DNA from: an uncultured Methanosarcinales archaeon
Lineage (GTDB): Archaea > Nanobdellota > Nanobdellia > Woesearchaeales > CAYSVS01
Direction of reading: 5' to 3'
Assembly (NCBI GenBank): GCA_964434475.1
Contig: CAYSVS010000007.1
Span: 1-38,859 of the forward strand
Length of the DNA stretch: 38,859 nucleotides
Shown here: positions 18,491 through 29,154 of the stretch, in pieces
How positions within the stretch are numbered: position 1 is the first letter of the stretch
How the letters are laid out: each line of letters begins with the position of its first letter
Translations under genes and position numbers: made by a program
Notes under the pieces: model-generated
Databases searched by the model: none
Told to the model about the DNA's origin: nothing
The model's input: only the letters and a program-made list of their open reading frames with translations

Positions 18491-19609
18491 ATGGCAGAAA
18501 AGATAATAGGTTCAGGAAAATTTAGACCAATACATAAATTTATAGTCAGAGCAGAAGATATAGTATACAGCATAACACACGACGCATTCCAGAAGAACAT
18601 AAAAGTGTGGAAAGACATTGATGAGTATATCACTGATTTGACCAATTTTTTCTATGATGACGAAAAAGAGATGATAGTCAAAAAACTAAAATTGACTGCA
18701 AAAATACTTGGATTTGCAAGATTAAGGGATGAAAGCAACAAGAATATAGATATTGATTATGCGCAGGAAAAAGAGATAAAATTTATTAAGATATTGGAAG
18801 AAACAGTAAAAATCCAGAAATCTTATTTTGAAAGAATACTGAAAGATATAGAAGATGAATCAAAGATTGAAGAAACATTAAAATATAGGATGACTGCTCT
18901 TGAAGACAAGATAGATAAGCAGAAAAAATCAGTCAGAAGACATATTAAAAAACTTCAGAAAAAACTTCTTAAAAAGATTAAATTCACGATAAATAGGCTT
19001 AAGATTCTGAAAAAGAAAAATCTTCTGTTGGAAAAAGACATAAAAAAATTAGAAACTTTGGAAAGCCTATATGCAAACTTCAAGAGAAAAGAAGAAGAAA
19101 AAACAGAATTATTAAAAAAATATATACTTAAACTGCAGATAAAAAAGACAGAAGAAGCAAGCGATAAAGACAAAGAAACCATAGAAGCGTTGAAGCAGAT
19201 AATCCATACATATAACCAATATGCTAAACTTAATTTTGCTGAAAAAAGAGAGAAAGAACTTATTGAACAGATAAAAAGTAAGCAAAGAAATGAGATAAAT
19301 GAGATAAAATTAAACATAGAACAGATGAAAGACATATTGAATGAACAGATAGAACAGATAAAGAGTATGAAAGAGGTTGTGCAAGCATGGGCAGTTGACC
19401 TAGTAGGAATTAGCAAAATAGCAAAAAAAATGGAAACAGAAATTAACACCCTCAGAAGTCTCATAAAAAAAGAAAGCATAAAGATAAATCCTATCATTAA
19501 TATTCTGACTGCAGAAAAAGGAGACATTAAAAAAACAGATATCATGTTGCAGAAACTGATGATAGAGAACAAAAAAAGGGAAGAGATTGAGAGAGAGCTG
19601 GTTGCTTGA
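18491..19609 (+). CDS. Long coiled-coil K/E-rich hypothetical protein
   Basis: 372 aa, almost entirely helical heptad-like sequence; TATA-like TTTAAATA near 18459. Confidence 0.7.
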   Translation: MAEKIIGSGKFRPIHKFIVRAEDIVYSITHDAFQKNIKVWKDIDEYITDLTNFFYDDEKEMIVKKLKLTAKILGFARLRDESNKNIDIDYAQEKEIKFIKILEETVKIQKSYFERILKDIEDESKIEETLKYRMTALEDKIDKQKKSVRRHIKKLQKKLLKKIKFTINRLKILKKKNLLLEKDIKKLETLESLYANFKRKEEEKTELLKKYILKLQIKKTEEASDKDKETIEALKQIIHTYNQYAKLNFAEKREKELIEQIKSKQRNEINEIKLNIEQMKDILNEQIEQIKSMKEVVQAWAVDLVGISKIAKKMETEINTLRSLIKKESIKINPIINILTAEKGDIKKTDIMLQKLMIENKKREEIERELVA

Positions 19610-21957
19610 TGAAGAAGACATTTGTTCTTCTGATATTTCTATCAACGATAATAACACAACAATCTCATGCAATAAGAATCAACGAAATACACTTCAACCC
19701 TTCTGGGTATGATAACAATCTTGAATTTGTAGAGATTTATTCTGATACAAAATATGATTTTACAGGATATATTGTTGGAGATTCAAGCTCTAACGACACA
19801 TTAGTAAAATTGAACAACATAACCAATACAACATATTCCTTAATTGTCGAAGAAGGGTTTAACTGCTCAGGATTTAACATTAGCATATATTCTGCTGGAC
19901 TAACGATAGGAAACAATCTGGGAAATACAGAAGACACAGTTTATTTGTATTATCCTAACAATACACAGATAGACTATGTTTACTATAATTCAAGCTTTGC
20001 AGAAGATGGTTATAGCATTGAATTGGTAAACAGAACCTGGACGCAGTCTTGTTTAATAGGGGGAAGCCCTGGAAAAGAAAACCACCACGATTGTGAACAG
20101 CCAAGCACAAGCCACGACATTATGCTTGAAGTTTATATTGAAGATATAGCTTATCTTAATCTTGAACTAGAAAAGCTGTTCAAGATAACAAATCTAAATT
20201 CAGAACTTGGAAAAGCATATGACATAAATGTAGATTATAACATCACAAAATCAGGAAGTATAATCAAGCAAAACAGTTTTGTAAAGGATGAGGTAAACCA
20301 ATATTCAACAACAAACACAGGAGAATGGTTTCCAGATTCTGTAGGCAATTACACAATATGCGGCAGGATAACAAGCAGCAGTGTAAATGATACCAACTTA
20401 GCAAATGATGTTGCCTGCAAGGATGTTGAAGTCATAGATACATCTTCAATACCCTGCAATATTTCATTGAACATATCTACAGAAAAATTAGTATATGAGA
20501 ACGGAGAGAGCATAAAATACTACAACAACCTTAACAATGAAAGTTTCCCATACATTATAGAGTATTGGATAGAGGACCTTTTTAAGGACATAGTAAAGAA
20601 CAAATACAATACCACGAATACAAACCAGAAAACTTACACCAAAACAATAGATGAGTTAGACAGAGCATTTGTAATAAGATCGAGATTGGTTAAGATAGCA
20701 TGTAATGATTCTGATACAAGAGATAATTCTGCAAAAAAATATGTGATAATCAAAGGAACAGACATAAGCGAGAGCAATACAACAAACAATGCAAACATCA
20801 CGATAGAAAAAATTTATGCTGGAAGCGATGATAAATTAAAATGGGGAGAATGTTTTAGGGTTAAGCTAAAAACATACAAGAACGATACAGCAAAATATTC
20901 TATACAAGCTTATGTAGAGAATGATGAAGGAGAAAAACTGACAAAACATACATCTAAAGCAGGTCTGCATACCAAAAATACAAAATATAGTTTGACTTTA
21001 CCCCTACAGCTAAAGCCTAACTGTGATGAAGATTATCAAGATGGAACACATACATTAGTGATTACAGGACTAGCAGAAACTGAAACAGCAGACATCAAGA
21101 TAGAAGGAGAATCCAGTTTATGCAACGATGCAGAGAATTGCGAAAGTTCAAGATCTAGCAGCGGATTCGACTATCGTATACAAGATGCTCCTTTGACTGC
21201 AATGCCTGATGAAGAGATTATTGTCAAAGTAAAGCTGGAAAACAAGGATGATGAAGATAAGGATATTAAAGCACACAGCTATGCATATAGAGGAAGCAAA
21301 TGCTACAGCGGAGACAGGGATGCAAATCTGCAAAAGATAAGCATAAAGCCAGGGTCCAGCATAACATTAGGATTGAGAATCAAATTAGATAAAGATATAG
21401 AGCCAGGAGATTATAAGATAATGGTAAAAATAAAACTGGATAACCAAAAGACATACAAAAAAATCACAAAGAACATAATAATATCCGAAAAAGGGAAAAT
21501 AAATGATTTCAGATTAGAACAAACAGCCAATAACAGCATAAAACTGGTTGCAGATATAACTGCAAACAAGGAATATAAAGTTATGCTTAAATCTTTCATG
21601 CAGGAACAAGAAAAAGATATAGAAGAAAGCGATAACCTCACATTTAATGCTAAAGCTTTTGAAGGACCGAATACGTTCTTCTTACTGCTTAAGGAAGATA
21701 GTGAAATCATAGATATAAAAGAGTTAAAAATAAAAAGTACGGACGGCAGCATACAAGTACTGGAAAAAGATACACAATTGCTAGGAATGAGGAATATTGA
21801 ATCTCCTAAAACATTTTCTGAAAAGGAGAAGTTTGACGAACCTATTACCATCTATAAATCAAGTTCAAAGAAATCCTTTGAAAATGTCATGTTTTTTATA
21901 GCTACAGGATTAATGGCTTTATGCGTGGTTTTAGTTATCAAAGCCAAAAATATTTAA
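19609..21957 (+). CDS. Membrane-anchored surface glycoprotein with a lamin-tail domain and CARDB/Ig-like domains
   Basis: Signal peptide; IRINEIHFNP...EFVEIY...GGSPGKEN lamin-tail-domain motif; DTNLAND and DTRDNSA CARDB-like ends; many NxS/T sequons; C-terminal TM helix. Confidence 0.8.
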   Translation: MKKTFVLLIFLSTIITQQSHAIRINEIHFNPSGYDNNLEFVEIYSDTKYDFTGYIVGDSSSNDTLVKLNNITNTTYSLIVEEGFNCSGFNISIYSAGLTIGNNLGNTEDTVYLYYPNNTQIDYVYYNSSFAEDGYSIELVNRTWTQSCLIGGSPGKENHHDCEQPSTSHDIMLEVYIEDIAYLNLELEKLFKITNLNSELGKAYDINVDYNITKSGSIIKQNSFVKDEVNQYSTTNTGEWFPDSVGNYTICGRITSSSVNDTNLANDVACKDVEVIDTSSIPCNISLNISTEKLVYENGESIKYYNNLNNESFPYIIEYWIEDLFKDIVKNKYNTTNTNQKTYTKTIDELDRAFVIRSRLVKIACNDSDTRDNSAKKYVIIKGTDISESNTTNNANITIEKIYAGSDDKLKWGECFRVKLKTYKNDTAKYSIQAYVENDEGEKLTKHTSKAGLHTKNTKYSLTLPLQLKPNCDEDYQDGTHTLVITGLAETETADIKIEGESSLCNDAENCESSRSSSGFDYRIQDAPLTAMPDEEIIVKVKLENKDDEDKDIKAHSYAYRGSKCYSGDRDANLQKISIKPGSSITLGLRIKLDKDIEPGDYKIMVKIKLDNQKTYKKITKNIIISEKGKINDFRLEQTANNSIKLVADITANKEYKVMLKSFMQEQEKDIEESDNLTFNAKAFEGPNTFFLLLKEDSEIIDIKELKIKSTDGSIQVLEKDTQLLGMRNIESPKTFSEKEKFDEPITIYKSSSKKSFENVMFFIATGLMALCVVLVIKAKNI

Positions 21958-22007
21958 ATGAAAAATCAAAAGATATAAAAAATACCTTATTTATTCTTTA
22001 TTTTATA

Positions 22008-22631
22008 ATGACAGATGAAGAAAAACCAAAAATAAAAGCAAGAGCCGTGATTGAAGTACTGGGCAAGCCAAAAGAACATATAGAAAATACCATAAATAAA
22101 TATATCGACAACATCAAAGAAGACAATAATTTTGATGTCTTAACTTCAGAAATAATGCCTGCAAAAGAACAGGAAAACGGAATGTTCAGCACTTTTGCTG
22201 AGTTGGATTTCAATACAAAGCAGATAGAGAATATAACAGCATTCTGCTTTGATTACATGCCATCTAGCATAGAGATAATGGAGCCAGAAAAGATGATTAT
22301 GAAATCATCGCAGATGAGCGACCTGATGAACGACCTACAGAGCAAACTGCACATGCTGGATATGGCAGTAAAGAAACTTAAAAATGAAAACATTTTCCTT
22401 AAAAAGAATACAGGCACGATAATAAAAAATATGTTAACAGTAGCTTTATTAGGGAAAAAACTAACAAAAGAGCAGTTGGCAAAAGGAACAGGAATCAACG
22501 AAAAAGAGATTGAGCCTTTTTTAGAGCTATTGATAAAGGAAGGAAGAATACAGAAAAAAGAAGATAATCTATATGTAATAACAAGGGATGAAAAGAGGGA
22601 TAATGATGCAGGAACTGAAACAAAAGATTGA
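22008..22631 (+). CDS. Hypothetical protein with a central coiled coil and a probable C-terminal winged HTH
   Basis: IEVLGKPKEH and CFDYMPSSIEI in the N-domain; LTKEQLAKGTGINEKEIEPFLELLIKEGRI is wHTH-like. Confidence 0.75.
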   Translation: MTDEEKPKIKARAVIEVLGKPKEHIENTINKYIDNIKEDNNFDVLTSEIMPAKEQENGMFSTFAELDFNTKQIENITAFCFDYMPSSIEIMEPEKMIMKSSQMSDLMNDLQSKLHMLDMAVKKLKNENIFLKKNTGTIIKNMLTVALLGKKLTKEQLAKGTGINEKEIEPFLELLIKEGRIQKKEDNLYVITRDEKRDNDAGTETKD

Positions 22632-23859
22632 AGCTGTGCTTTTTGCAGTAGGCAAAAAGATGGAGCTTGAAGAAATAAGCAAGATATGCAAGACAAGAAA
22701 ACATGAAGATATTAAGAATGCATTATTTAAGCTTCAGAAAGATTATGAACAAAGATCAGGTCCTGTAAAACTCATCAATGAAGATAGTTCATGGAAACTA
22801 GGTGTTGATGGACCTTTTATCCCAGTAATACAAAATTTAGGTGTAGAAACAGAATTAAGCAAATCTATTATGGAAACATTAGCAGTGATAGCATGGAAAT
22901 ATCCTATACTGCAGAATGAAGTTATACATATAAGAACAAACAAGGCTTATGACCATCTCTCAGAACTAGAAGAATTAGGATTCATAACAAGAAGTAAGCA
23001 CGGAAGAACAAGAACAATAAAACTTACTGAAAAATTCTTCCAATATTTTGACCTGCCAAACAAAAAAGAAGCAGAGAACGCTTTCAAGGAATACATACCT
23101 GCAGAAATACAAGATAAAGTTGAACAATACGAACAAGAAATACTTACAGGAGAAAAAGCAAGCGAAGAGATAGAGGAAAAAAAGAAAGCATTGGCTAAAG
23201 AAAGAAAAAAAGCTAAAGTAGAACAAGAAAGATTAGAAGCAGGTATAGATCTTGAAGATAAAGAAGGAGAAAGACATCATCTTGAAGAATATGATAAAAA
23301 ACTGGAAACAAAACCTGAAAAAGATGACGATCTTGCCTTGGTAGATGAAACATCAGGAGAGCCAGAGGAATTAGAAACATATGGTGAAAAAAAACCCGAG
23401 ACAGAAGAGACAAAAAAAGAGATAGGAAATCTAGAGATATACAAGGAAAAAGAAAGCGATGAAGAAGAGGATGAAGATAAGACTGAAGAGACTGTTGAAA
23501 CAAAAGAAAAAGAAGGTAAAAAAAATATATGGGAAGATAAAAAAGACGAAGAAGAAGGAGAAGGAATAAGTGCTGAAGAAAAAGATGTCCAGGAAGAGAT
23601 AGAAAAAATACTTCATCCTAAACAAGAAGAAGAGAAAGAAGAAAAGAGAAAAAATAAAGAAGAACCAGAAGAGCAGAAAAGCGATGAAGAAGAAGAAGGG
23701 TTTGGCCTAAAGCAAGAGAAAGAGCCAAGTGAAGAGAGCAAAGAAGAAGAAGAAGGCCGTATAGAGACGCTTAAGACAAAAAAATCAGAAAAAGAGTTTC
23801 AACCTTTGATTGATGAAGGCGGAGATATTCCAGAGCATGCAAAACATGAAGAAGAATGA
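22603..23859 (+). CDS. scpB: SMC-Scp complex subunit ScpB with a long acidic C-terminal tail
   Basis: IEAVLFA, ELSKSIMETLAVIAWKYP, IR..AYDHLSELEELGFI, GRT...TEKFFQYF. Confidence 0.88.
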   Translation: MMQELKQKIEAVLFAVGKKMELEEISKICKTRKHEDIKNALFKLQKDYEQRSGPVKLINEDSSWKLGVDGPFIPVIQNLGVETELSKSIMETLAVIAWKYPILQNEVIHIRTNKAYDHLSELEELGFITRSKHGRTRTIKLTEKFFQYFDLPNKKEAENAFKEYIPAEIQDKVEQYEQEILTGEKASEEIEEKKKALAKERKKAKVEQERLEAGIDLEDKEGERHHLEEYDKKLETKPEKDDDLALVDETSGEPEELETYGEKKPETEETKKEIGNLEIYKEKESDEEEDEDKTEETVETKEKEGKKNIWEDKKDEEEGEGISAEEKDVQEEIEKILHPKQEEEKEEKRKNKEEPEEQKSDEEEEGFGLKQEKEPSEESKEEEEGRIETLKTKKSEKEFQPLIDEGGDIPEHAKHEEE

Positions 23860-23999
23860 TGTTTATTCTTAAATGTCCTAGATGCAAGCAAAATATGCGC
23901 TATCACACACGAGATAAAATTTTAAGGGACAAACGAAAAAGATGCGTATACTGCGGCAGAAGTTTTAAAGTAAGAGAACAGTTGTTAAAAAAAGGATAA
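23856..23999 (+). CDS. Small basic zinc-ribbon protein (47 aa)
   Basis: Hand translation MMFILKCPRCKQNMRYHTRDKILRDKRKRCVYCGRSFKVREQLLKKG*; two CxxC pairs; ATGA overlap with the scpB stop. Confidence 0.8.
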   Translation: MMFILKCPRCKQNMRYHTRDKILRDKRKRCVYCGRSFKVREQLLKKG

Positions 24000-24068
24000 T
24001 TAAGAAAACCCTTATAAATAAGTATTAAATCCTTTATTATATACTCAAAAAATATTGAAAAAATAAAA

Positions 24069-26759
24069 ATGACCGAAAAAGAACAAAAACAAGATCCTGA
24101 AGACAGGGCAGAAAACATAGAACAAAAGGAAGAAGAGATCAAACTTAAAAAAAATAAAGAGGATCTCCCTATAGAAAAAATATCTGAGATAGTCATAGAA
24201 GAAGAGATGAAGACCAGCTTCCTTAATTACGCTATGTCCGTAATAGTTTCAAGAGCATTGCCTGATGTAAGGGATGGGCTAAAACCAGTGCACAGAAGAA
24301 TCCTTTATGCTATGAGCGAAATGGGAATGTACCATAACAAGCCATTCAAAAAATCAGCAAGAATAGTAGGTGAAGTATTAGGCAAGTATCACCCACACGG
24401 AGATAGTGCTGTATATGACACAATGGTAAGGATGGCTCAAGATTTTTCGTTGAGATATCCTTTGGTGAACGGCCAAGGCAACTTCGGAAGCATAGACGGC
24501 GATTCAGCAGCAGCGATGAGATATACAGAAGCCAGGCTTAAGAAGATGGCTGAAGAGATGATAGCAGACATCGATAAAAACACTGTTAATTTTATGCCTA
24601 ATTTCGATGGTTCATTGAAAGAACCTACAGTGCTACCTGCAAAACTGCCCAACCTTCTGATAAACGGAAGTGCAGGAATAGCTGTAGGCATGGCAACAAA
24701 TATACCTCCGCATAACGTAGGAGAGATTATAGACGGAATCATTGAAATAATAGATGATCCTGAAGTTGAGCTAAAAGAATTGATAGAACATATTAAAGGG
24801 CCTGATTTTCCAACAGGAGGTTTCATATGCGGAAAAGGAGGAATATTAAGCGCATATAAATATGGAAGAGGCAAGATAATAGTAAGGGCAAAAATAGAGC
24901 TTGAAGAGAATAAGAATAAACGGAAGCTAGTTGTAAAAGAAATACCTTATATGGTAAACAAGACCAACCTTATAACACAGATAGCTGACCTGGTAAGGGA
25001 CAAAAAAATAATAGGAATCTCTGACCTCAGGGATGAATCAGACAGAGAAGGAATGAGAATAGTAATAGAACTTAAAAAAGATGCAAACTCACAGGTAGTA
25101 GAGAACCAACTTTACAAATATACTACTATGCAGACAACATTTGGAGTAATACTTCTTGCATTAGATAACAACGAACCAAAAGTAATGAATCTTAAACAGA
25201 TACTTGAAAAATATAAAGACCACAGGATAGAGGTAATAACAAGAAGAACACAGTTTGAACTAGATAAAGCTGAAAAAAGAGCACATATACTTGAAGGCCT
25301 TATCATTGCTCTGAACAATATAGACGAAGCTATCAAACTAATCAAGGCTTCAAAATCTACAAATATTGCTATAGGCCTGTTGAAAGACAGATTTGAGCTT
25401 ACAGAAGCGCAAGGTAAAGCAATACTTGAAATGAAACTTCAGAAATTGACGAATATGGAACAAGGAAAGATAAGAGAAGAACATACGCAATTATTGAATC
25501 TTATCGAGGAATTTAAAGAAATCCTTGCAAGCAGACAAAAAGTATTGGATATAATAAAAAAAGAACTTATTGAACTTAAGGAAAAATACAATGACGAAAG
25601 AAAGACGCAGTTTATAGAAGGAGACGACACACTAATAGAATATGAAGACATGATAAAAGAAGAGAAGATGGTGGTGACTGCAACCCATGCAGGATACATA
25701 AAAAGGACCCCCTTGAATATATATAAACAACAGAAAAGAGGAGGAAGAGGCATAATAGCGACAGGCACAAAAGAAGAGGACTTTGTTGAACATCTGTTTG
25801 TAGCATCAACACACAGCTATATCTTGTTCTTCACAGACAAAGGCCAGGTGCATTGGCTTAAGGTATATCAGATTCCAGAAGCAAGCAGACAAGCAAGAGG
25901 AAAAGCGATAGTCAACCTATTGACGAACATAAGAAAGGGCGAAAAAGTCACAGCTATGCTGAAAGTAAAAGAGTTTGATGATAGCCATAATATTGTCATG
26001 GCAACAAAAAAAGGAATTATCAAAAAAGTCAACCTAAAAGCTTTTTCAAGACCAAGAAGAGGAGGCATAAGAGGTATAACACTGGATGACGACGACCATT
26101 TGATAAATGTAGAAATGACTGACGGAAAAAGACAAATTATACTGGGTACAAAAAAAGGAATGGCCATCAAGTTCAAGGAGATAGATGTAAGAGCTATAGG
26201 AAGAACAGGAAGAGGAGTGAGAGGCATCAAACTTAGAAAAAAAGACGAAGTAGTAGGCATGGAGATCGCTACAGACAAAAAAACACTTCTCACTATTACA
26301 GAAAACGGATATGGCAAGCAAACGCCTCTGAAAGATTATAGGCTCATCAATAGAGGAGGCATAGGGGTAATTAATATAAAAACAAATGAAAGAAACGGAG
26401 ATGTTGTTACAATCAAGAGCGTATACCCTGACAACGATATCATGTTCATAAGCCATAAAGGAATAATTATAAGGACTCCAGTATCAGGAATCTCAACAAT
26501 AGGAAGAAACACGCAAGGAGTAAGGATTATGCGTCTCGCAGAAGATGACATAGTTGTAGCAGCTGCAAAGATAATAAATGAAGAAAGAGATCCGGCAGAT
26601 ACAGATGTAACAAAAGATACAGAAGAAGAGCAGGAAGAAAAGGAGCTTGCAGAAGAAAATCCTGAAGAGAAAGAAGAGTTAGGGGATGTAGACATCAAGG
26701 ACGAGCATGAAGAAGAAGAAAAAAAAATCTCTGAAGAGAACAAAGAGATTAAAGAATGA
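24069..26759 (+). CDS. gyrA: DNA gyrase subunit A
   Basis: [22 protein letters not shown], catalytic AAMRYTE, GyrA box QKRGGRG, beta-pinwheel repeats. Confidence 0.97.
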   Translation: MTEKEQKQDPEDRAENIEQKEEEIKLKKNKEDLPIEKISEIVIEEEMKTSFLNYAMSVIVSRALPDVRDGLKPVHRRILYAMSEMGMYHNKPFKKSARIVGEVLGKYHPHGDSAVYDTMVRMAQDFSLRYPLVNGQGNFGSIDGDSAAAMRYTEARLKKMAEEMIADIDKNTVNFMPNFDGSLKEPTVLPAKLPNLLINGSAGIAVGMATNIPPHNVGEIIDGIIEIIDDPEVELKELIEHIKGPDFPTGGFICGKGGILSAYKYGRGKIIVRAKIELEENKNKRKLVVKEIPYMVNKTNLITQIADLVRDKKIIGISDLRDESDREGMRIVIELKKDANSQVVENQLYKYTTMQTTFGVILLALDNNEPKVMNLKQILEKYKDHRIEVITRRTQFELDKAEKRAHILEGLIIALNNIDEAIKLIKASKSTNIAIGLLKDRFELTEAQGKAILEMKLQKLTNMEQGKIREEHTQLLNLIEEFKEILASRQKVLDIIKKELIELKEKYNDERKTQFIEGDDTLIEYEDMIKEEKMVVTATHAGYIKRTPLNIYKQQKRGGRGIIATGTKEEDFVEHLFVASTHSYILFFTDKGQVHWLKVYQIPEASRQARGKAIVNLLTNIRKGEKVTAMLKVKEFDDSHNIVMATKKGIIKKVNLKAFSRPRRGGIRGITLDDDDHLINVEMTDGKRQIILGTKKGMAIKFKEIDVRAIGRTGRGVRGIKLRKKDEVVGMEIATDKKTLLTITENGYGKQTPLKDYRLINRGGIGVINIKTNERNGDVVTIKSVYPDNDIMFISHKGIIIRTPVSGISTIGRNTQGVRIMRLAEDDIVVAAAKIINEERDPADTDVTKDTEEEQEEKELAEENPEEKEELGDVDIKDEHEEEEKKISEENKEIKE

Positions 26760-27868
26760 GATGTCTGGCAATATGCAACAAGGGATTCGAGCAAGTTTGT
26801 TCTGAAGAGATAAAAAGACTAGTAAAAACAGAAACAGAGCAGAAAGACAGCTGCGTAATCTTTGAAGCTGATGAAAAAAGCTTATTAAGGTTAAGCTACC
26901 TAAGCCAAAGCGCAAACAGAATATTGATATTGTTTTCTGATTTTGATTTTAAAGATCATAAAGATATGCTTGCAAAAAGCAAGGAAATAAAATACGATAA
27001 ATATTATTTTTATAAAAAGACCTTTGCAGTAAGATGCATTAAACAAAATCATGAACAAGAAGATTCGAATGTGGAAAAAGATATAGGAGAAGTCTTCTTT
27101 GAAAGCCTGGACAGTAAAGTAGATCTCGATAATCCTGATGTTACAGTAATAGTATATCTGAATGGAAATACTGCATACACGGGAATAGATTTTTGCGGCA
27201 TAGACCTAAGCAAAAGGAGTTACAAGATATTCCTTTCACATAAATCTTTGAAAGGAACATTCGCTTATTCTTTATTGAAACATGCAAAATATGACAAAGA
27301 TAAAGTATTACTCGATCCTTTCTCTAACAATGGGATTATTGCGATAGAAGCTGCTTTATTCGCCAGAAATGTGTCGCCAAGATTTTATGATAAAGATAAG
27401 TTTAAGTTTCCTATTGAAGTAGATACGAAGATATTTGAAGATATGGACAAAGAGCAGCAGAAATCTAAGCCAAAAATATTCGCGTTTGATGCACTGCTTC
27501 CTAATATTGAAAAGATAAAAAAGAATGCAAATATAGCAGGGATAGAGAAATCCTTGAAATTCAGCAAAGTAGACGTTGAATGGCTGGATACTAAACTTGA
27601 TGAAAAAAGTGTTGATATTGTTGTATCGTATTTTCCAGAAGTATCTAAAAGGACAAGCACAAACATAATTGAGAAGATATACAAGGAATTCTTTTATCAG
27701 ATAGAATTTGTACTTAAGGATAACGGAAGAATATTCGCTTTGCTGCATAACCAAGAAAAGCTTATAGAGTATGCAGAAAAGGGCAAGTTCAAGATTGCAA
27801 GCAAGAAAGAAGTGTATTCTGGCAAAGATAAGTTGAAAATTATTGAAATGAAAAAAGATAAAATATAA
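26756..27868 (+). CDS. THUMP-domain RNA methyltransferase-like protein (Trm14/RlmL-like)
   Basis: [38 protein letters not shown] and catalytic motifs look degenerate. Confidence 0.8.
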   Translation: MRCLAICNKGFEQVCSEEIKRLVKTETEQKDSCVIFEADEKSLLRLSYLSQSANRILILFSDFDFKDHKDMLAKSKEIKYDKYYFYKKTFAVRCIKQNHEQEDSNVEKDIGEVFFESLDSKVDLDNPDVTVIVYLNGNTAYTGIDFCGIDLSKRSYKIFLSHKSLKGTFAYSLLKHAKYDKDKVLLDPFSNNGIIAIEAALFARNVSPRFYDKDKFKFPIEVDTKIFEDMDKEQQKSKPKIFAFDALLPNIEKIKKNANIAGIEKSLKFSKVDVEWLDTKLDEKSVDIVVSYFPEVSKRTSTNIIEKIYKEFFYQIEFVLKDNGRIFALLHNQEKLIEYAEKGKFKIASKKEVYSGKDKLKIIEMKKDKI

Positions 27869-27922
27869 ACCAAACATTTATAAATACTTCTACCATATAA
27901 TGCTTAAAAAAGGGGTGATTGG

Positions 27923-28216
27923 GTGAAGTTATTAGAGTTTACAAGAAATCCTACATATCTTGAAAAGATTATAGTGTTTATAGGTATCTTTGTAGTATTA
28001 TTCGGATATGCGCTTATGCAAAAGATGCTTATTGCACAAGGTTTCCTTTTATCATGGGACCTGATACAAGCGATTTTCCTGTGGCTTTTACTGGTCATAT
28101 TTTTAGTTCTGCTGGCAATAGCAGAGAACATAAAAGAAGAACTGCTGATAAAACACACTCAAGAACTTAAGCTTATCAAAAAAGAGATAGGCAAGATTTC
28201 AAAAAAAAGAAAATAA
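27923..28216 (+). CDS. Small two-TM membrane protein
   Basis: SD GGGGTGA, GTG start, two hydrophobic helices and a basic C-terminus. Confidence 0.7.
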   Translation: MKLLEFTRNPTYLEKIIVFIGIFVVLFGYALMQKMLIAQGFLLSWDLIQAIFLWLLLVIFLVLLAIAENIKEELLIKHTQELKLIKKEIGKISKKRK

Positions 28217-28223
28217 TATTCAT

Positions 28224-28569
28224 TGGTAGGAAGATACTTTGCTTTCGGCTTATGCTGAGGAAAGTCCGTCCACAATCAAAAAGCCACTCGCAAGAGATCC
28301 TGAAAAGGATGGCAACCACTCAGAAACGACACTTCCTGTGGATAATGGAATGATGCGTGCGAAGAATCTGGTGACAGAAACAAGTTGCTCAAAAATGCAA
28401 GCATTTTTGGCACCACTCAAAGTGGTAACCCGCTGACGTCTCCACAGGGAAAGATTAAACGGTGAGCCCTGGCCTGTGCAATCCATTAAGGAGCTAAGTA
28501 TAATGCAAAGACAGTCTGTTTATGCTATGCGTAAAGACTGACAGAAGACGGCTTATACTCTTTCTACCA
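28224..28569 (+). ncRNA. rnpB: RNase P RNA
   Basis: GAGGAAAGTCCGTC and ACAGAAGACGGCTTA form P4; terminal P1 TGGTAGGAAGA/TCTTTCTACCA; P2 CTTTGC/GCAAAG; CAGAAAC and AAACGG specificity-domain motifs. Confidence 0.93.
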
Positions 28570-28605
28570 TAAATTTTATATAATCCAATAAAAAATCTAA
28601 TTAAA

Positions 28606-28779
28606 ATGGCAAAAGACAAGATATCAATGCCTATGTCAGGCGGCGGATTGATGAGATATTATGAAGAAAACAAAAGTAGATTTGAATTCTCACCAGGAAG
28701 CGTGATTATACTTATACTTGTAGTTGTTGTCATAATGATATTTCTTCACGTATATGGGCCTTCCATAATGGGTGTTTAA
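28606..28779 (+). CDS. secG: Preprotein translocase subunit Sec61beta (archaeal SecG)
   Basis: Hand translation MAKDKISMPMSGGGLMRYYEENKSRFEFSPGSVIILILVVVVIMIFLHVYGPSIMGV*; GLMRYYE motif plus a TM helix; absent from the ORF track. Confidence 0.9.
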   Translation: MAKDKISMPMSGGGLMRYYEENKSRFEFSPGSVIILILVVVVIMIFLHVYGPSIMGV

Positions 28780-28780
28780 G

Positions 28781-29119
28781 ATGATTCCAGGAATGAATCC
28801 TAGAAAGATGCAGCAAGCTATGAAGAAACTAGGTATAGCTCAGCAAGAGATAGATGCCACAGAAGTGATAATCAAATGCAGCGATAAGGAAATAATAATA
28901 AAGAATCCTCAAGTAAGCAAGGTGAATATGATGGGACAGATGACCTATCAAGTTGTAGGAGAGGAAATAACTAAAGAAGTAGATACAACACCTGAAATAA
29001 ACAAAGACGACATAAAAACAGTCATGGAACAGGCAAATGTTGATGAGAATACTGCAAAAGAAGCCCTTAAACTTACAAAAGGAGATATTGCTGAAGCAAT
29101 TATGGGTTTAAAAGAATAA
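28781..29119 (+). CDS. nac: Nascent polypeptide-associated complex protein
   Basis: GMNPRKMQQAMKKLGI, EVII, PQV, and a C-terminal UBA-like GDIAEAIM. Confidence 0.93.
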   Translation: MIPGMNPRKMQQAMKKLGIAQQEIDATEVIIKCSDKEIIIKNPQVSKVNMMGQMTYQVVGEEITKEVDTTPEINKDDIKTVMEQANVDENTAKEALKLTKGDIAEAIMGLKE

Positions 29120-29154
29120 AGTTTAAAAGTATAGAATACATACTTATCTATTCA

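Noticed and set aside
23180..23859. GAA-rich low-complexity DNA in scpB as a tandem repeat
   Set aside because: Explained by Glu/Lys codons; no fixed period seen
28239..28486. ORFs 28239-28436 (+) and 28250-28486 (-)
   Set aside because: Both lie inside the RNase P RNA gene
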